A stretch of DNA of 32,000 nt from Mycobacterium leprae TN. GTDB lineage: Bacteria; Actinomycetota; Actinomycetes; Mycobacteriales; Mycobacteriaceae. Positions 1 through 11,077 of the stretch are shown in pieces. The stretch's first letter is position 1. Each line of letters begins with the position of its first letter. The translations under genes and the position numbers were made by a program. The notes under the pieces are model-generated. The model saw only the letters and a program-made list of their open reading frames with translations, did no database searches and was not told the DNA's origin. The DNA is taken from NCBI RefSeq assembly GCF_000195855.1, contig NC_002677.1, positions 3,150,001 through 3,182,000 on the forward strand, in the 5' to 3' direction.

Positions 1-756
1 GATACCCAAAGAATAATTTTGGCCAGTTACCGCACGCACTGGGCAACCTGACATTCACCCAGTACGACGATTGCCATGGCATAACTCTGCTGAGCAAAGC
101 GATTAATGATTCGGTGTGTAGTTGTCGACGTCTCCGAACCATACTGGCAACAACCCAGTTACTACATGCTGATGACTCAGCACTCAGAACCTGCCGAGGC
201 TGGCTAGACAATAACCAGCAAGGCTGTTCCCAGTTCCCAATCCAGTCGCTGGCACCTACTAACTGGCCTTTGGAGAGTTTGCAAAACACCCCATGGCACA
301 GTAGTGGAAATAGGGGTGAAATACTAGGTTCTGGGGACCTAAGTGGTCCCCAGACATTTATCCGTGGGCTACGTCGATCAACCCAGGACTGAATTTCTAC
401 TCCGGTCATCCGCAAATGACGGCGCTATCGGTGCTGCGCGGTAGCCCGGGGAAGCGGTTCCTGTATCTCAATCCGCCGAGGTTGAATTGATTCGGCCTTA
501 CGGCCCCAGCGGAGACTGCTGTGCGTACCGACTCGTCGCGAATCAGTCCGCACAGCAGCGCGGTGCTGAATTCTGAGGCGATTTCCTTGGCCGTGCAACG
601 TCCACTCGGCCGTAACCAGCGATAGCTGCCCAACGTAGCCCTGATGTAACCTAATGCCACATGTACAAGTCGCACTCGATAAAATTAAAATTCCGGCGTT
701 AGGCAATGCCACGGTCGATCAGGCCATGCATGTGCATGCACGCCTGCACTTCCTTT

Positions 757-1400
757 TCACAGACCTCGGCGACTCGTTCGATAGTGAACCATTCGGGAAT
801 GTACGGCCGCTCCTGGAAATACACGGCGCACGCTCCGAATCGCCCGCGATCCCCGTAAGAAGTCGAGCAGTGTATTGCGTAGAGCAGCAGCGAAGTGCCG
901 AGGCGGACGGACCTGCGTGCAGGGATGACCAGCGTGTCTTCGTCCGACTGAACAGTATATGTCGAACAGAATCAGCGACTTGCTAGCGTAGTAATGGGAC
1001 ACCGTCCCCTTAATTCAGTCAGCAGCCTTAGCGATATCGTCCATGCAGGTGGCATGGTAGCCACAAGCCGCAAATGGCTTTGGTGGCGGCAGCCAGCAAA
1101 TCCTCACGGCGGCTCAGCCCAGTGGCCTAGGATATCTGATGCCACCTGTATTCACTATCGTCCCTGCGGGCAGGCCGGACTTAGCCCGGCTAGAGCAAGC
1201 ATCGATCAACGGGCTGGATAGTTGAGGCAAGCGGCTACTACCTGTCGCACCTACGCGAAGAGGACTAGACTCTTAAGGCGAACTAGTCGCGAAACGAGAG
1301 GTGGTCTGATGGATCCGAGTCCTGATTACGATATGAGCGACGAGATCGAATACTTTTTCAGGTACCTAACATGGAGCTTCCGCGGGGTTACCGATGGCAA
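757..1400 (-). pseudogene. TetR-family regulator remnant downstream of pntB (boundaries uncertain; may extend to ~530)
   Basis: Minus-strand frames give an HTH-like stretch ('RRPRREEDIR..', 'FDLVAHIVIRTRIHQTTSRFATS', resembling '..IA..AGVS..T..RYF.SK') interrupted by stops. A C-terminal-like 'HFAAALRNTLLDFLRGSR' lies in ORF 757-1002. The position matches the TetR gene that follows pntB in M. tuberculosis (from memory). Confidence 0.3.
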
Positions 1401-1463
1401 CGGATATCTTCCTCCCGTCTAGGGCGCCGCAGCACTTCAACTCGGCTTAGTTTCGACCTAAGG

Positions 1464-2882
1464 CTATAGCACCTTCAGTTCCTCAGTGACCTCAGTCACC
1501 GACTGTTTGGCATCACCGAACAACATGGTGGTACCGTCGGCGTAGAATAGCCGGTTGTCAATGCCCGCAAATCCGGAGTTCATCGACCTCTTAAGCACTA
1601 TAACCGACTTCGCTTTATCAACATTCAGGATCGGCATCCCATAGATCGGGCTGGCTGTCTCGTTACGGGCCGCCGGGTTGGTGACGTCGTTGGCGCCGAT
1701 GACAATCACAACATCGGTACGAGCGAACTCATCGTTGATGTCGTCCATGTCCTTCATGGCGTCGTAGTCGACCTCTGCTTCAGCCAGCAACACATTCATG
1801 TGTCCGGGCATCCGGCCAGCAACCGGGTGAATCGCGTAACTCACCGGCACACCTTTGTTCTCCAGCAAGGACGCCATGTCTTTGACAACGTGCTGGGCCT
1901 GCGCGACCGCCAGCCCGTAGCCCGGCACCACGATCACCTGGTTGGCGTAAGCCATCTGGATCGCCGCATCGGCTGCCGAGGTGGATTTGACTTGCTTGTC
2001 ACCGTCACGGCTGGGTGCCACGCCACCGCTACCGAAACCTCCTGCGACGATCGCGGGTATGGAGCGGTTCATCGCCTTGGCCATGAGATTGGTCAGGATC
2101 GAGCCGGACGCGCCGACGATCATGCCGGCCACGATGATTGCGGTATTGTTCAGCGCCAGGCCCGTCGCAGCAGCTGAGAGCCCAGTCATAGCGTTGAGTA
2201 AGGAGATGACCACCGGCATGTCGGCGCCGCCGATTGACAGCACCACCATCAGGCCTAATACGCCAGCGGCGACCAGCAACCCGATCATCCACCACAACGA
2301 GGCCCCAGCGGATCCGGGCTGCGCGTGCAGACCGATGACCACTGCGGCGACTATGGCGCCGACCAACAGTAGCAAATTGATAGGCTGCTGGACTTTGCCA
2401 AAACCGATTGGGAATCCGGAGATTGTCTCCTGCAACTTACCGAACGCAATGATCGATCCCCAGAACGAGATCGACCCTATGATCGCGGCGAACAGCGAGG
2501 CCACCACGATATGCACAGTTGGCGACTCGTGATGCTGAAATTCCGAAAAGCCGCTAGTCTCGATGAACTCCGACAGTGCAATAAGCGCGACCGTTCCACC
2601 GCCAACGCCGTTGAAGAACGCCACCAGCTGGGGCATCGCAGTCACCTTAGTCAGCCGTGCCGGAGGGAAGCCAAGGACGATGCCCACCACCAGGGCGGCA
2701 ATGATCAATACCCACTGCTCGGTGTGCCGAATCTTGACCAGCGTCGCCGCCACGGCAATGGTCATACCGACCGCAGCGATCAAGTTGCCGGACACCGCGG
2801 TCCTGGGCCCGGTCAGGCCCATCAAGCCGGTGATGAACAATGCGAACGCAAGAATGTAGAGGCCGATCACGAAGTAGTTCAT
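1464..2882 (-). CDS. pntB: NAD(P) transhydrogenase subunit beta (PntB)
   Basis: Uninterrupted 472-aa ORF. A long multi-span hydrophobic N-terminal domain is followed by a soluble C-terminal NADP(H) domain carrying 'VIVVPGYGLAVAQAQH' and 'VIVIGANDVTNPAA'. The ATG (2882-2880) overlaps the pntAb TGA (2881-2879) as ATGA. Confidence 0.95.
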   Translation of the reverse strand: MNYFVIGLYILAFALFITGLMGLTGPRTAVSGNLIAAVGMTIAVAATLVKIRHTEQWVLIIAALVVGIVLGFPPARLTKVTAMPQLVAFFNGVGGGTVALIALSEFIETSGFSEFQHHESPTVHIVVASLFAAIIGSISFWGSIIAFGKLQETISGFPIGFGKVQQPINLLLLVGAIVAAVVIGLHAQPGSAGASLWWMIGLLVAAGVLGLMVVLSIGGADMPVVISLLNAMTGLSAAATGLALNNTAIIVAGMIVGASGSILTNLMAKAMNRSIPAIVAGGFGSGGVAPSRDGDKQVKSTSAADAAIQMAYANQVIVVPGYGLAVAQAQHVVKDMASLLENKGVPVSYAIHPVAGRMPGHMNVLLAEAEVDYDAMKDMDDINDEFARTDVVIVIGANDVTNPAARNETASPIYGMPILNVDKAKSVIVLKRSMNSGFAGIDNRLFYADGTTMLFGDAKQSVTEVTEELKVL

Positions 2883-3217
2883 TTGGCCACCGATTCTGCT
2901 GCTTTTTCGGTTTTGACGGCCGAGGCCTTCTTCTTACCCCTGAACATACCCAGCATCCGGTCGGTGACGATAAAACCCCCGATAACATTCAGCGTGCCGA
3001 ATACGACCGCGACGAACAGAATGATTTGCACGGCAAGCGATGGTTGCGCAACTTCTCCGAACACCACCAGTGCGCCGAGCAGTACAATACCGTGGATGGC
3101 ATTGGTGCCCGACATCAGCGGTGTGTGCAGTGTATTGGGGACTTTGGAGATCACAGCGAACCCGACGAACCCAGACAACACCAGAATCGCCAAGTTAGCC
3201 AATAACTCGTCATACAT
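2879..3217 (-). CDS. pntAb: NAD(P) transhydrogenase subunit alpha, membrane part (PntAb)
   Basis: 112-aa ORF that is almost entirely hydrophobic ('LAILVLSGFVGFAVI', 'GIVLLGALVVFG', 'ILFVAVVFGTLNVIGGFIV'). It sits between pntAa and pntB, with an 8-nt overlap upstream (ATGTATGA, 3210-3217) and a 4-nt overlap downstream. Confidence 0.9.
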   Translation of the reverse strand: MYDELLANLAILVLSGFVGFAVISKVPNTLHTPLMSGTNAIHGIVLLGALVVFGEVAQPSLAVQIILFVAVVFGTLNVIGGFIVTDRMLGMFRGKKKASAVKTEKAAESVAK

Positions 3218-4313
3218 CTATGGAGTCCTCTCGATCGCGAGTCACACATGACTCCGCGACGACTTCGTCGTCAAAGTCCGGGGCAAACTTGCCATCCTTT
3301 ATTAGTAGGTCCAACAGCGCCTTGATGTTCTTGCTGTAGAGCTCGCTGGCGTGCTCAGGCATCGTTGCCGGCAGATTCAGCGGCGCCGCAATAGTGACAT
3401 CATGCTTGATCACCGTCTGCCCGGGTTCAGTGAGCTCGCAATTGCCACCGGTTTCCCCCGCGAGGTCCACCACCACGCTGCCAGGCTTCATCGCCTCCAC
3501 CGCCGCAGCGGTCACCAACCGCGGTGCCGGCTTGCCCGGGACCAGCGCTGTGGTAATCACCACGTCGAATCCGCTGATCGCCTTTTCCAATGCCTTCTGT
3601 TGCTGAGCGCGTTCGTCGGCGGTGAGCTCACGGGCGTATCCGCCCGCACCGGAAGCCTCGATTCCTACGTCAAGCCACTGGGCACCCACCGACCGGACTT
3701 GCTCGGCCACCTCAGGACGCACGTCGTAGCCGGTGGTGCGCGCGCCAAGGCGCTTGGCCGTCGCCAGCGCTTGCAAACCTGCCACCCCGACGCCGAGCAC
3801 CAGCACGATGGCCGGCTTCACCGTTCCTGCAGCTGTCGTCAGCATCGGGAAAAATCGGGTAGACTCAGAAGCCGCAAGCAACACTGCTTTATACCCGGTC
3901 ACGTTAGCCTGCGACGACAGCGCATCCATCACTTGTGCACGCGAGATGCGCGGGATTGCCTCGAGCGCGAACGCTTGCACACCAGCTCGTTTCAACTCGC
4001 CGATCCAGTTGTCGGCATTGCGGGACGCAAGGAAGCCGATCAGCGTCTGCCCGCGGCGCAGTCGGCCGACCTCGGCTGCAGCCGGCGGCGCCACTTTGAC
4101 GACGATGTCGGCAGCCCACGCGTCCCCGATGCGAGCGCCGGCCTCTGTGTAGAGCTGCTCGGGAAGCAATGCACCTTCGCCCGCCCCGGACTCGACCACG
4201 ACCGCTAGACCGCTGTTCACTAGAGACGCTACTGCCTTTGGCACCAAAGCGACGCGCCGCTCGTCGGAACCGGACTCGGCGACCACTCCAACCGTCGTTT
4301 GCGCTTCTGTCAT
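3210..4313 (-). CDS. pntAa: NAD(P) transhydrogenase subunit alpha, soluble dI part (PntAa)
   Basis: Uninterrupted 367-aa ORF of the alanine-dehydrogenase/PNT family, with Rossmann motif 'VLVLGVGVAGLQALATAKRLGA' and 'RISRAQVMDALSSQANVTGYKAV'. By eye it is very close to mycobacterial PntAa. Confidence 0.95.
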   Translation of the reverse strand: MTEAQTTVGVVAESGSDERRVALVPKAVASLVNSGLAVVVESGAGEGALLPEQLYTEAGARIGDAWAADIVVKVAPPAAAEVGRLRRGQTLIGFLASRNADNWIGELKRAGVQAFALEAIPRISRAQVMDALSSQANVTGYKAVLLAASESTRFFPMLTTAAGTVKPAIVLVLGVGVAGLQALATAKRLGARTTGYDVRPEVAEQVRSVGAQWLDVGIEASGAGGYARELTADERAQQQKALEKAISGFDVVITTALVPGKPAPRLVTAAAVEAMKPGSVVVDLAGETGGNCELTEPGQTVIKHDVTIAAPLNLPATMPEHASELYSKNIKALLDLLIKDGKFAPDFDDEVVAESCVTRDREDSIDV

Positions 4314-4323
4314 GGCACGTACA

Positions 4324-5152
4324 TCATTGCTTTCTGCTTTCCTGTATTATTTCCTTGGCCTTGCTGCCCTGTTTCCGCATGCTAGACGCGTAGCAAGTTG
4401 ATAGCTGAGTGTGCCCAAACACTCTAACCCGATTGCCTAGCTGTAGCTCCCTGCACTGCCCGGCCTGCATCGTCGCCAGGCTCGACATCGCTACCAGCGT
4501 GTAATGCCTCGCCCCGCGTTCAGACGTGGGGCAAGGCCCGAAGTAATGGCACTCGAATTCGGATATCGGCACATCATTAATGCTGGCTTCGCTGCGCGAC
4601 ATCCAGCTCGGTGGAATCCAAGGCGGTGATCGGAACCCCGGAAGCGGGGTACATCACCAACAAGGAAAACGGCGTCGAGGTCGACGGATTGGCATAGATG
4701 ACCCACAAATCTTGCGTAGCAAGTAGTCGAGTTCGTGATGCTATTTGCAAGCCAGAAACGCCACGATCTCGACCCTGCCGACTACGTGTTCGCTCCGACG
4801 CCGGCATTGTGAGTCAAGCGCGTGGTCCAGGTAACGGTTGTTCCAGACATTCCTTGCGAGCTGCACTTTTTGGATCGCGGTTTTTACGGTGAACGGTGAC
4901 AACGCAGCGACGCCGAATCGCTAGCCGCCCACGTTGTCGCCAATAGTTTAAGATCTGAAGAACAAGGCCAAAGAGGCGCGAGCCGCGGAACTTGTTCCTA
5001 CGGGTGGAGTAATGATTAACTAGTCTGAAATGCACGTCGCTGGATGAGCTGACCGGCTGGAGCCTGGAAATCGCGCCGAGATACGTCGAACTGCGCGTCG
5101 GCGGATACTGGCAATATGGAGAATTCTGCACATGTTCAGCACAGACGAGCAA
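4324..5152 (-). pseudogene. Acyl-CoA dehydrogenase-like remnant, frameshifted and C-terminally truncated
   Basis: Three successive minus-strand frames read like the ACAD middle domain: 'DLWVIYANPSTSTPFSLLVMYPASGVPITALDSTELDVAQRS', then 'ASINDVPISEFECHYFG' (resembling 'FDDVRVP.ENLLG'), then 'GARHYTLVAMSSLATMQAGQCRELQLG'. Only about 45 codons remain where a ~150-aa C-terminal domain is expected. Confidence 0.4.
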
Positions 5153-5669
5153 CGCATGAAGTGGTTGCAGGTGTTGTTGGACGACTAGATTTGCGGCGAC
5201 TTTTCGATGACCGAACCGGCAGTCGCCAACAGTGACACCCGCAATATCGAAAGCACCATCTCGCCGGACGGCGGAGACTACATCCCAACGGCTAGAATAT
5301 TAAGTGGACATCCGGGTAGATGACTCGTGCCGCCAAATTCTCATAGCAATGGACCGTACCAACCCCGATACGGCCACCCACCAACAACAATCGATGATCC
5401 TGGTGTACCGGGACGCCGGGGCCGGGTACCTTTCCGGTGGCCGTGCAGCGGCTATGCACGGGGGAGCAGAGTAGCTAGCTTCGTGATTGCGCAAGCCCAA
5501 CTGGGACCCCGGCCGCATACACCACGGCATGCGGGCGCGGGAACAGCTGGCGCAATCAACGTCACGCCACACGGACCACGTCCAGTCGCTTTAGACTGGG
5601 AACAAGACAAACTCGTTTAGTCATCTCCGGCGGCCTATCCCACGAAGGAAAGTTGCCCAACACTGCAGA

Positions 5670-5710
5670 CACTTTACAGTGTTATAAGGCTCACTTTACA
5701 GTGTTATAAG
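5670..5710. repeat. Direct repeat: 19-nt 'CACTTTACAGTGTTATAAG' x2 separated by GCT (22-nt period)
   Basis: Read directly: 5670-5688 and 5692-5710 are identical. The repeat lies in unassigned AT-richer DNA. Confidence 0.95.
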
Positions 5711-5789
5711 ACCGCATCACCTCAATGTTGTGGAGGCAGAAACTCTGATATTCCCTCTCGGGGTCAGCGATCGACGCAGCATTTTCCCT

Positions 5790-6545
5790 AACACATTGTT
5801 CGCAGTGAGCAGTTGAAATGGGCGAAGTTATTTAGGATCAACTGCAGGATCACTAGTTGCGCCGGACCCAGGAATAGGAGTCCAAAACTAAGTTGATCCC
5901 TGCGCCGATCTCTCAGAACAATTTTCGAACTCCAGGTGCCCCTAGCATGCTCTCTAAGCGCTCGAGGACAAGCTCGTCCAGCACAACGCCATATCAGGCT
6001 ATACACTGCAACACCACTTGCGCTTCCGACAACGGATAGCGTTGTGACGGAGGATGTTCCAGTAACAAAAAATCAGCTGGCTTAGATTTTAGGAGCACAA
6101 GGCCGCCAAACCAGGGACCTTACTGAAGTACTCGCACCATGCCACACACATCACGCTGACCTTGCGCAACAGCAGCAATCGGCTGACCTTAAGGTGGGGG
6201 ATATCACCCGCAGCACTGCTAGCCGCCCGATAACTTACCGTCGATGGACAGCATTCGAATCGCGTCGTCAAAAGCTGCACCTACCAATGGAATCGACTAC
6301 AATGTCGACACCGTAGCCATAGATAGATATATTCCGCATATGCTGAGCCCAGCCATCAGTCGACATCAGCACCACATAGGCACCTAACAACGCGACATGG
6401 TCAGTTACTGTTTCCATCACCCGGAATAAACAACGACGGTAACTTCAGTGAATACTCACCCTTGCTTAACAGCCGATCATGAAAACACATCTCTCGGAGG
6501 CGCAAATATCTATGAAGAAATAGGCGGAACCAACCGTTGATATCA
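5790..6545 (-). pseudogene. Quinone oxidoreductase / medium-chain dehydrogenase-reductase remnant
   Basis: Minus-strand frames give '..TVTDHVALLGAYVVLMSTDGWAQHMRNISIYGYGVDIVVDSIG', matching the MDR nucleotide-binding domain and its 'GVDVV.D..GG' motif. This is followed by 'LTTRFECCPSTVSYRAASSAAG', with multiple stops. It occupies the position expected for the Rv0149 equivalent. Confidence 0.4.
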
Positions 6546-6555
6546 TTGCACACTA

Positions 6556-7314
6556 TCATCCTGGGCTGCCAGGTAAAAACATTTGTATAACATAGGCTTT
6601 GATGTATTCTACAACTTGAGTCTGTTTTTCCACGCTAGACAGACTAGTAATCTCGGACCACTGCGTGGCGATATCCTTTACCGACAGTGGCTTATCGAAG
6701 TTGATGCCGCCAGTCTGAAACAGCACAGCCCGCTGCACCTTGCCGCCGCCAACGATGCACACCAAGCTGCCGACGCTGGTAGCCGCAATTCGGAACTACC
6801 GCATTGGTGTGGATTTTGTACCTTATTTATACCTTAGCGACTTACAGGACCAGCGTATCGATCGATGCCTGGTCGGAGTGGCCACGGATGTGCCGCCAGA
6901 CCACGCGCAGCACGTTTTACCAACCGTAGAAATGTACTTTGAGCACGAATTCCCAGCTCTAGAAAATCATCTCATGTGAAAGATGCCGTAGCGCAAGACC
7001 CCAGAGTTGGTCCCGTGCACGGAACCGAATTCAGCCAGCTTGGGCTTGATGATGTTAGCCGCACCGTCCTCGGTGGCGGCCTTGGGCAAATTTACAAAGT
7101 GAAATATGTCGTTGTTACGACCGGACGACCACCCACGTGCCGAATCTCGGCAACAACATGGTCAGCGATCGCCGATCCAACGCCCGTAAGCATCGCGGGC
7201 CTCACCAAGGTCGTTGATGGCGACACTGGCCCCCTCCCAGGCAAGGGTGCGAGCATATGCACGCCTCAGTTCCCCGCCGATTCAGGTGACAACGACGATA
7301 TGATTCTTGCACAC
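6556..7314 (-). pseudogene. Short-chain dehydrogenase/reductase (Rv0148-type) pseudogene
   Basis: The minus strand reads 'VCKNHIVVVT*IGGELRRAYARTLAWEGASVAINDLGEARDAYG..' and later '..[24 protein letters not shown]'. This is strongly similar to remembered Rv0148 ('[59 protein letters not shown]'). An in-frame TGA (7284-7282) falls inside the TGxxxGxG Rossmann motif, and further stops or frameshifts follow. The C-terminal part is ORF 6556-6765. Confidence 0.8.
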
Positions 7315-7361
7315 CGCGCATCAGGTTCCTCTCTGAGAAAGCGATTGGGAGCAAACAACAA

Positions 7362-8819
7362 TCAGAACAACCTATGGGCCAGCCGGAAGGACCGCTCGGT
7401 GTACGGTGGGTAGATGAAGCTCGATAAATCGGGGCGAGTAGGCTTGGTCAAAACCGACTTGCGGTGGCTGAACTCATCGAATCCCCACTTGCCATGGTAG
7501 GCACCGATACCCGACTCGCCGACACCGCCGAACGGCAGCTTCGCCGTCAACACCTGAATAGCTAGGTGGTTGACCAGCATGCCGCCCGCCGATACCTCCT
7601 TGATCACCCGATCGCGGGTTTTACGTGATTTAGTGAATAGGTATGCCGCCAACGGCTTAGGTCGCGCGTTAATGAAACCTATTGCTTCATCCAAGGATTG
7701 GACGGTTAGCACCGGAAGAATCGGTCCGAAAATCTCTTTTGTCATCAACGGACCTTCCGGATCGGGATCGACGATCACGGTCGGCTGGATGCGTAACGTC
7801 GAGGCATCACACTTACCCCCCACAACAACCACACCCTTTCCTCCAGCCGCCGATTGCACACCTGCGAGATAACCACACAACCGGTCGAATTGGCGCTGGT
7901 TGACGATGCGCATGCCGCTTGGATCATCTTGGGACCGGAACTTGGCGATAGCGAAGCCGATCTTGTTGACGAGTTCGTCTCGAATCGGCGCGGCGGCCAA
8001 CACGTAGTCGGGTGCCACGCACGTCTGGCCGGCATTCAGGATTTTTATCCAGGCGATACGCTTGGCAGCCACGTCAATGTCAGCGTCGACAGCCACGATC
8101 ACCGGACTCTTGCCGCCTAGCTCGAGGGTAACCGGGGTAAGATGTGAGGCCGCGCCTTCGTAGACCTTGCGGCCGATCTCGGTTCCGCCGGTGAACATCA
8201 CACGGTCTAGGCCCTGTGCGATCAGCTCCTGACTAACCGCACCGCCGCCCTCGATCACCGCGATCGCGTCATTGTCCAGATAACGCGGCACGAGCTCGGC
8301 CATCAAGTGTGCCGAAGCGGCCGCGACTTCCGACGGCTTGAGCACCATCGTGTTTCCCGCCGCGATAGCCCCAACTGCTGGTACCAACGTCAAGTAGAAC
8401 GGGTAATTCCAGGCACCGATAATCAGCACGGTCCCATACGGTTCGTATTCCACCCAGCCGCGGCCAGGCAACTGCGATACCTCAAGGAATCGGTATTTGC
8501 GGCGCATCCACTTACGCACTTTTTTGGCCGCATACTTCGCTTCGCTGACGGTTGCTGCGATGTCAACGATAAATGCCTCAACCGGGTTGCGGTCCAGATC
8601 ATCGGCGAGCGCCTGGGCGATCGCGCCCTCGTTCTCTACCATCAGCGCCTGCAGCGCACGCAACTGCTGCGTACGCCAGTCGACACTACGGGTACGGCCG
8701 CTGGCAAACGTCTGACGAAGCCGAACCACGGTAGCCTCACTATTGACCCCCGGTGGGGTGTGCGGGGGGACCCCACTCTTGGACACGGCTGTCTTCTGCG
8801 CGACTGATTCAGTGATCAT
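7362..8819 (-). CDS. NAD(P)-dependent aldehyde dehydrogenase (class-3/fatty-aldehyde type, Rv0147-like)
   Basis: Uninterrupted ORF with the catalytic Glu motif 'LELGGKSP', the catalytic Cys motif 'NAGQTCVAPDY' and 'FTGGTEIGRKV'. I prefer the ATG at 8819, which is preceded by GGAAGGAAG about 8 nt upstream. The ORF-track start (GTG, 8867) is a possible alternative. Confidence 0.9.
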   Translation of the reverse strand: MITESVAQKTAVSKSGVPPHTPPGVNSEATVVRLRQTFASGRTRSVDWRTQQLRALQALMVENEGAIAQALADDLDRNPVEAFIVDIAATVSEAKYAAKKVRKWMRRKYRFLEVSQLPGRGWVEYEPYGTVLIIGAWNYPFYLTLVPAVGAIAAGNTMVLKPSEVAAASAHLMAELVPRYLDNDAIAVIEGGGAVSQELIAQGLDRVMFTGGTEIGRKVYEGAASHLTPVTLELGGKSPVIVAVDADIDVAAKRIAWIKILNAGQTCVAPDYVLAAAPIRDELVNKIGFAIAKFRSQDDPSGMRIVNQRQFDRLCGYLAGVQSAAGGKGVVVVGGKCDASTLRIQPTVIVDPDPEGPLMTKEIFGPILPVLTVQSLDEAIGFINARPKPLAAYLFTKSRKTRDRVIKEVSAGGMLVNHLAIQVLTAKLPFGGVGESGIGAYHGKWGFDEFSHRKSVLTKPTRPDLSSFIYPPYTERSFRLAHRLF

Positions 8820-9054
8820 CAGAGCTTCTTCCTTCCCGCAACTCCCTACCGCCCTCCGCGATAGCACTCATCAGTGCTAGCCGCAATCCTAATCACCTGG
8901 TTGGGTCAACAGCAGGAAGATCCAGACCGGATCGCCCCGGAGTGGGCCTTCAGAACGCGCAGCAAAAGTCTCGGATAAGCGGGTCAAGACTTGTGCTGCG
9001 AACGTCCCTGGACACTGGTTGCAATGTCCCAGGAATCATCCGCGATGGGCGTCA

Positions 9055-10900
<1,846 letters not shown>

Positions 10901-10986
10901 TGATCACACTACGAGAATAAGAATTTAAGTCAAAGCTCACTATAGTCTATAGTATAGTATGCCATACTTAAACTATATTGAGTCTC

Positions 10987-11052
10987 TTAGCCCACCAGCT
11001 AGGCGTTGGACCGCTAGAGCCGCTAGAGTGCGCCGCTTAGCTGGTGGGTTAA
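10987..11052. repeat. Long imperfect inverted repeat (19-position stem, 11 perfect core bp CCCACCAGCTA/TAGCTGGTGGG) with a 28-nt loop containing CCGCTAGAG x2
   Basis: Read directly: 10987-11005 pairs with 11034-11052, with two G-T positions. The loop carries the 9-nt tandem repeat at 11011-11019 and 11020-11028. It lies immediately 3' of the TetR pseudogene stop (11078), so a terminator-like role is possible. No U-tract follows. Confidence 0.6.
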
Positions 11053-11077
11053 CGTCTCGGTGAGAGCCTCCATCTCT

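Noticed and set aside
1800-4208. Long plus-strand ORFs (1800-2177, 1981-2532, 2511-3251, 2840-3205, 3351-4208, 3733-4152) opposite the pnt operon
   Set aside because: These are antisense shadow ORFs of GC-rich genes. They are Arg/Pro/His/Ala-rich and low-complexity, have no recognisable motifs, and are fully nested in genes whose own frames carry strong family signatures.
10944-10959. A shared AT-rich motif, AGTCTATAGTATAGTA at 10944-10959 versus AGTCTAGTATAGTA at 27227-27240, and similar 'TAATTATAG' strings at ~23660 and ~26607, as a possible regulatory or mobile-element signature
   Set aside because: Matches of this length, with one indel, are expected by chance in 2 x 32 kb, especially between AT-rich tracts. 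The patches fit mutational AT-drift of non-coding or decayed DNA. There are no flanking target-site duplications or terminal inverted repeats.
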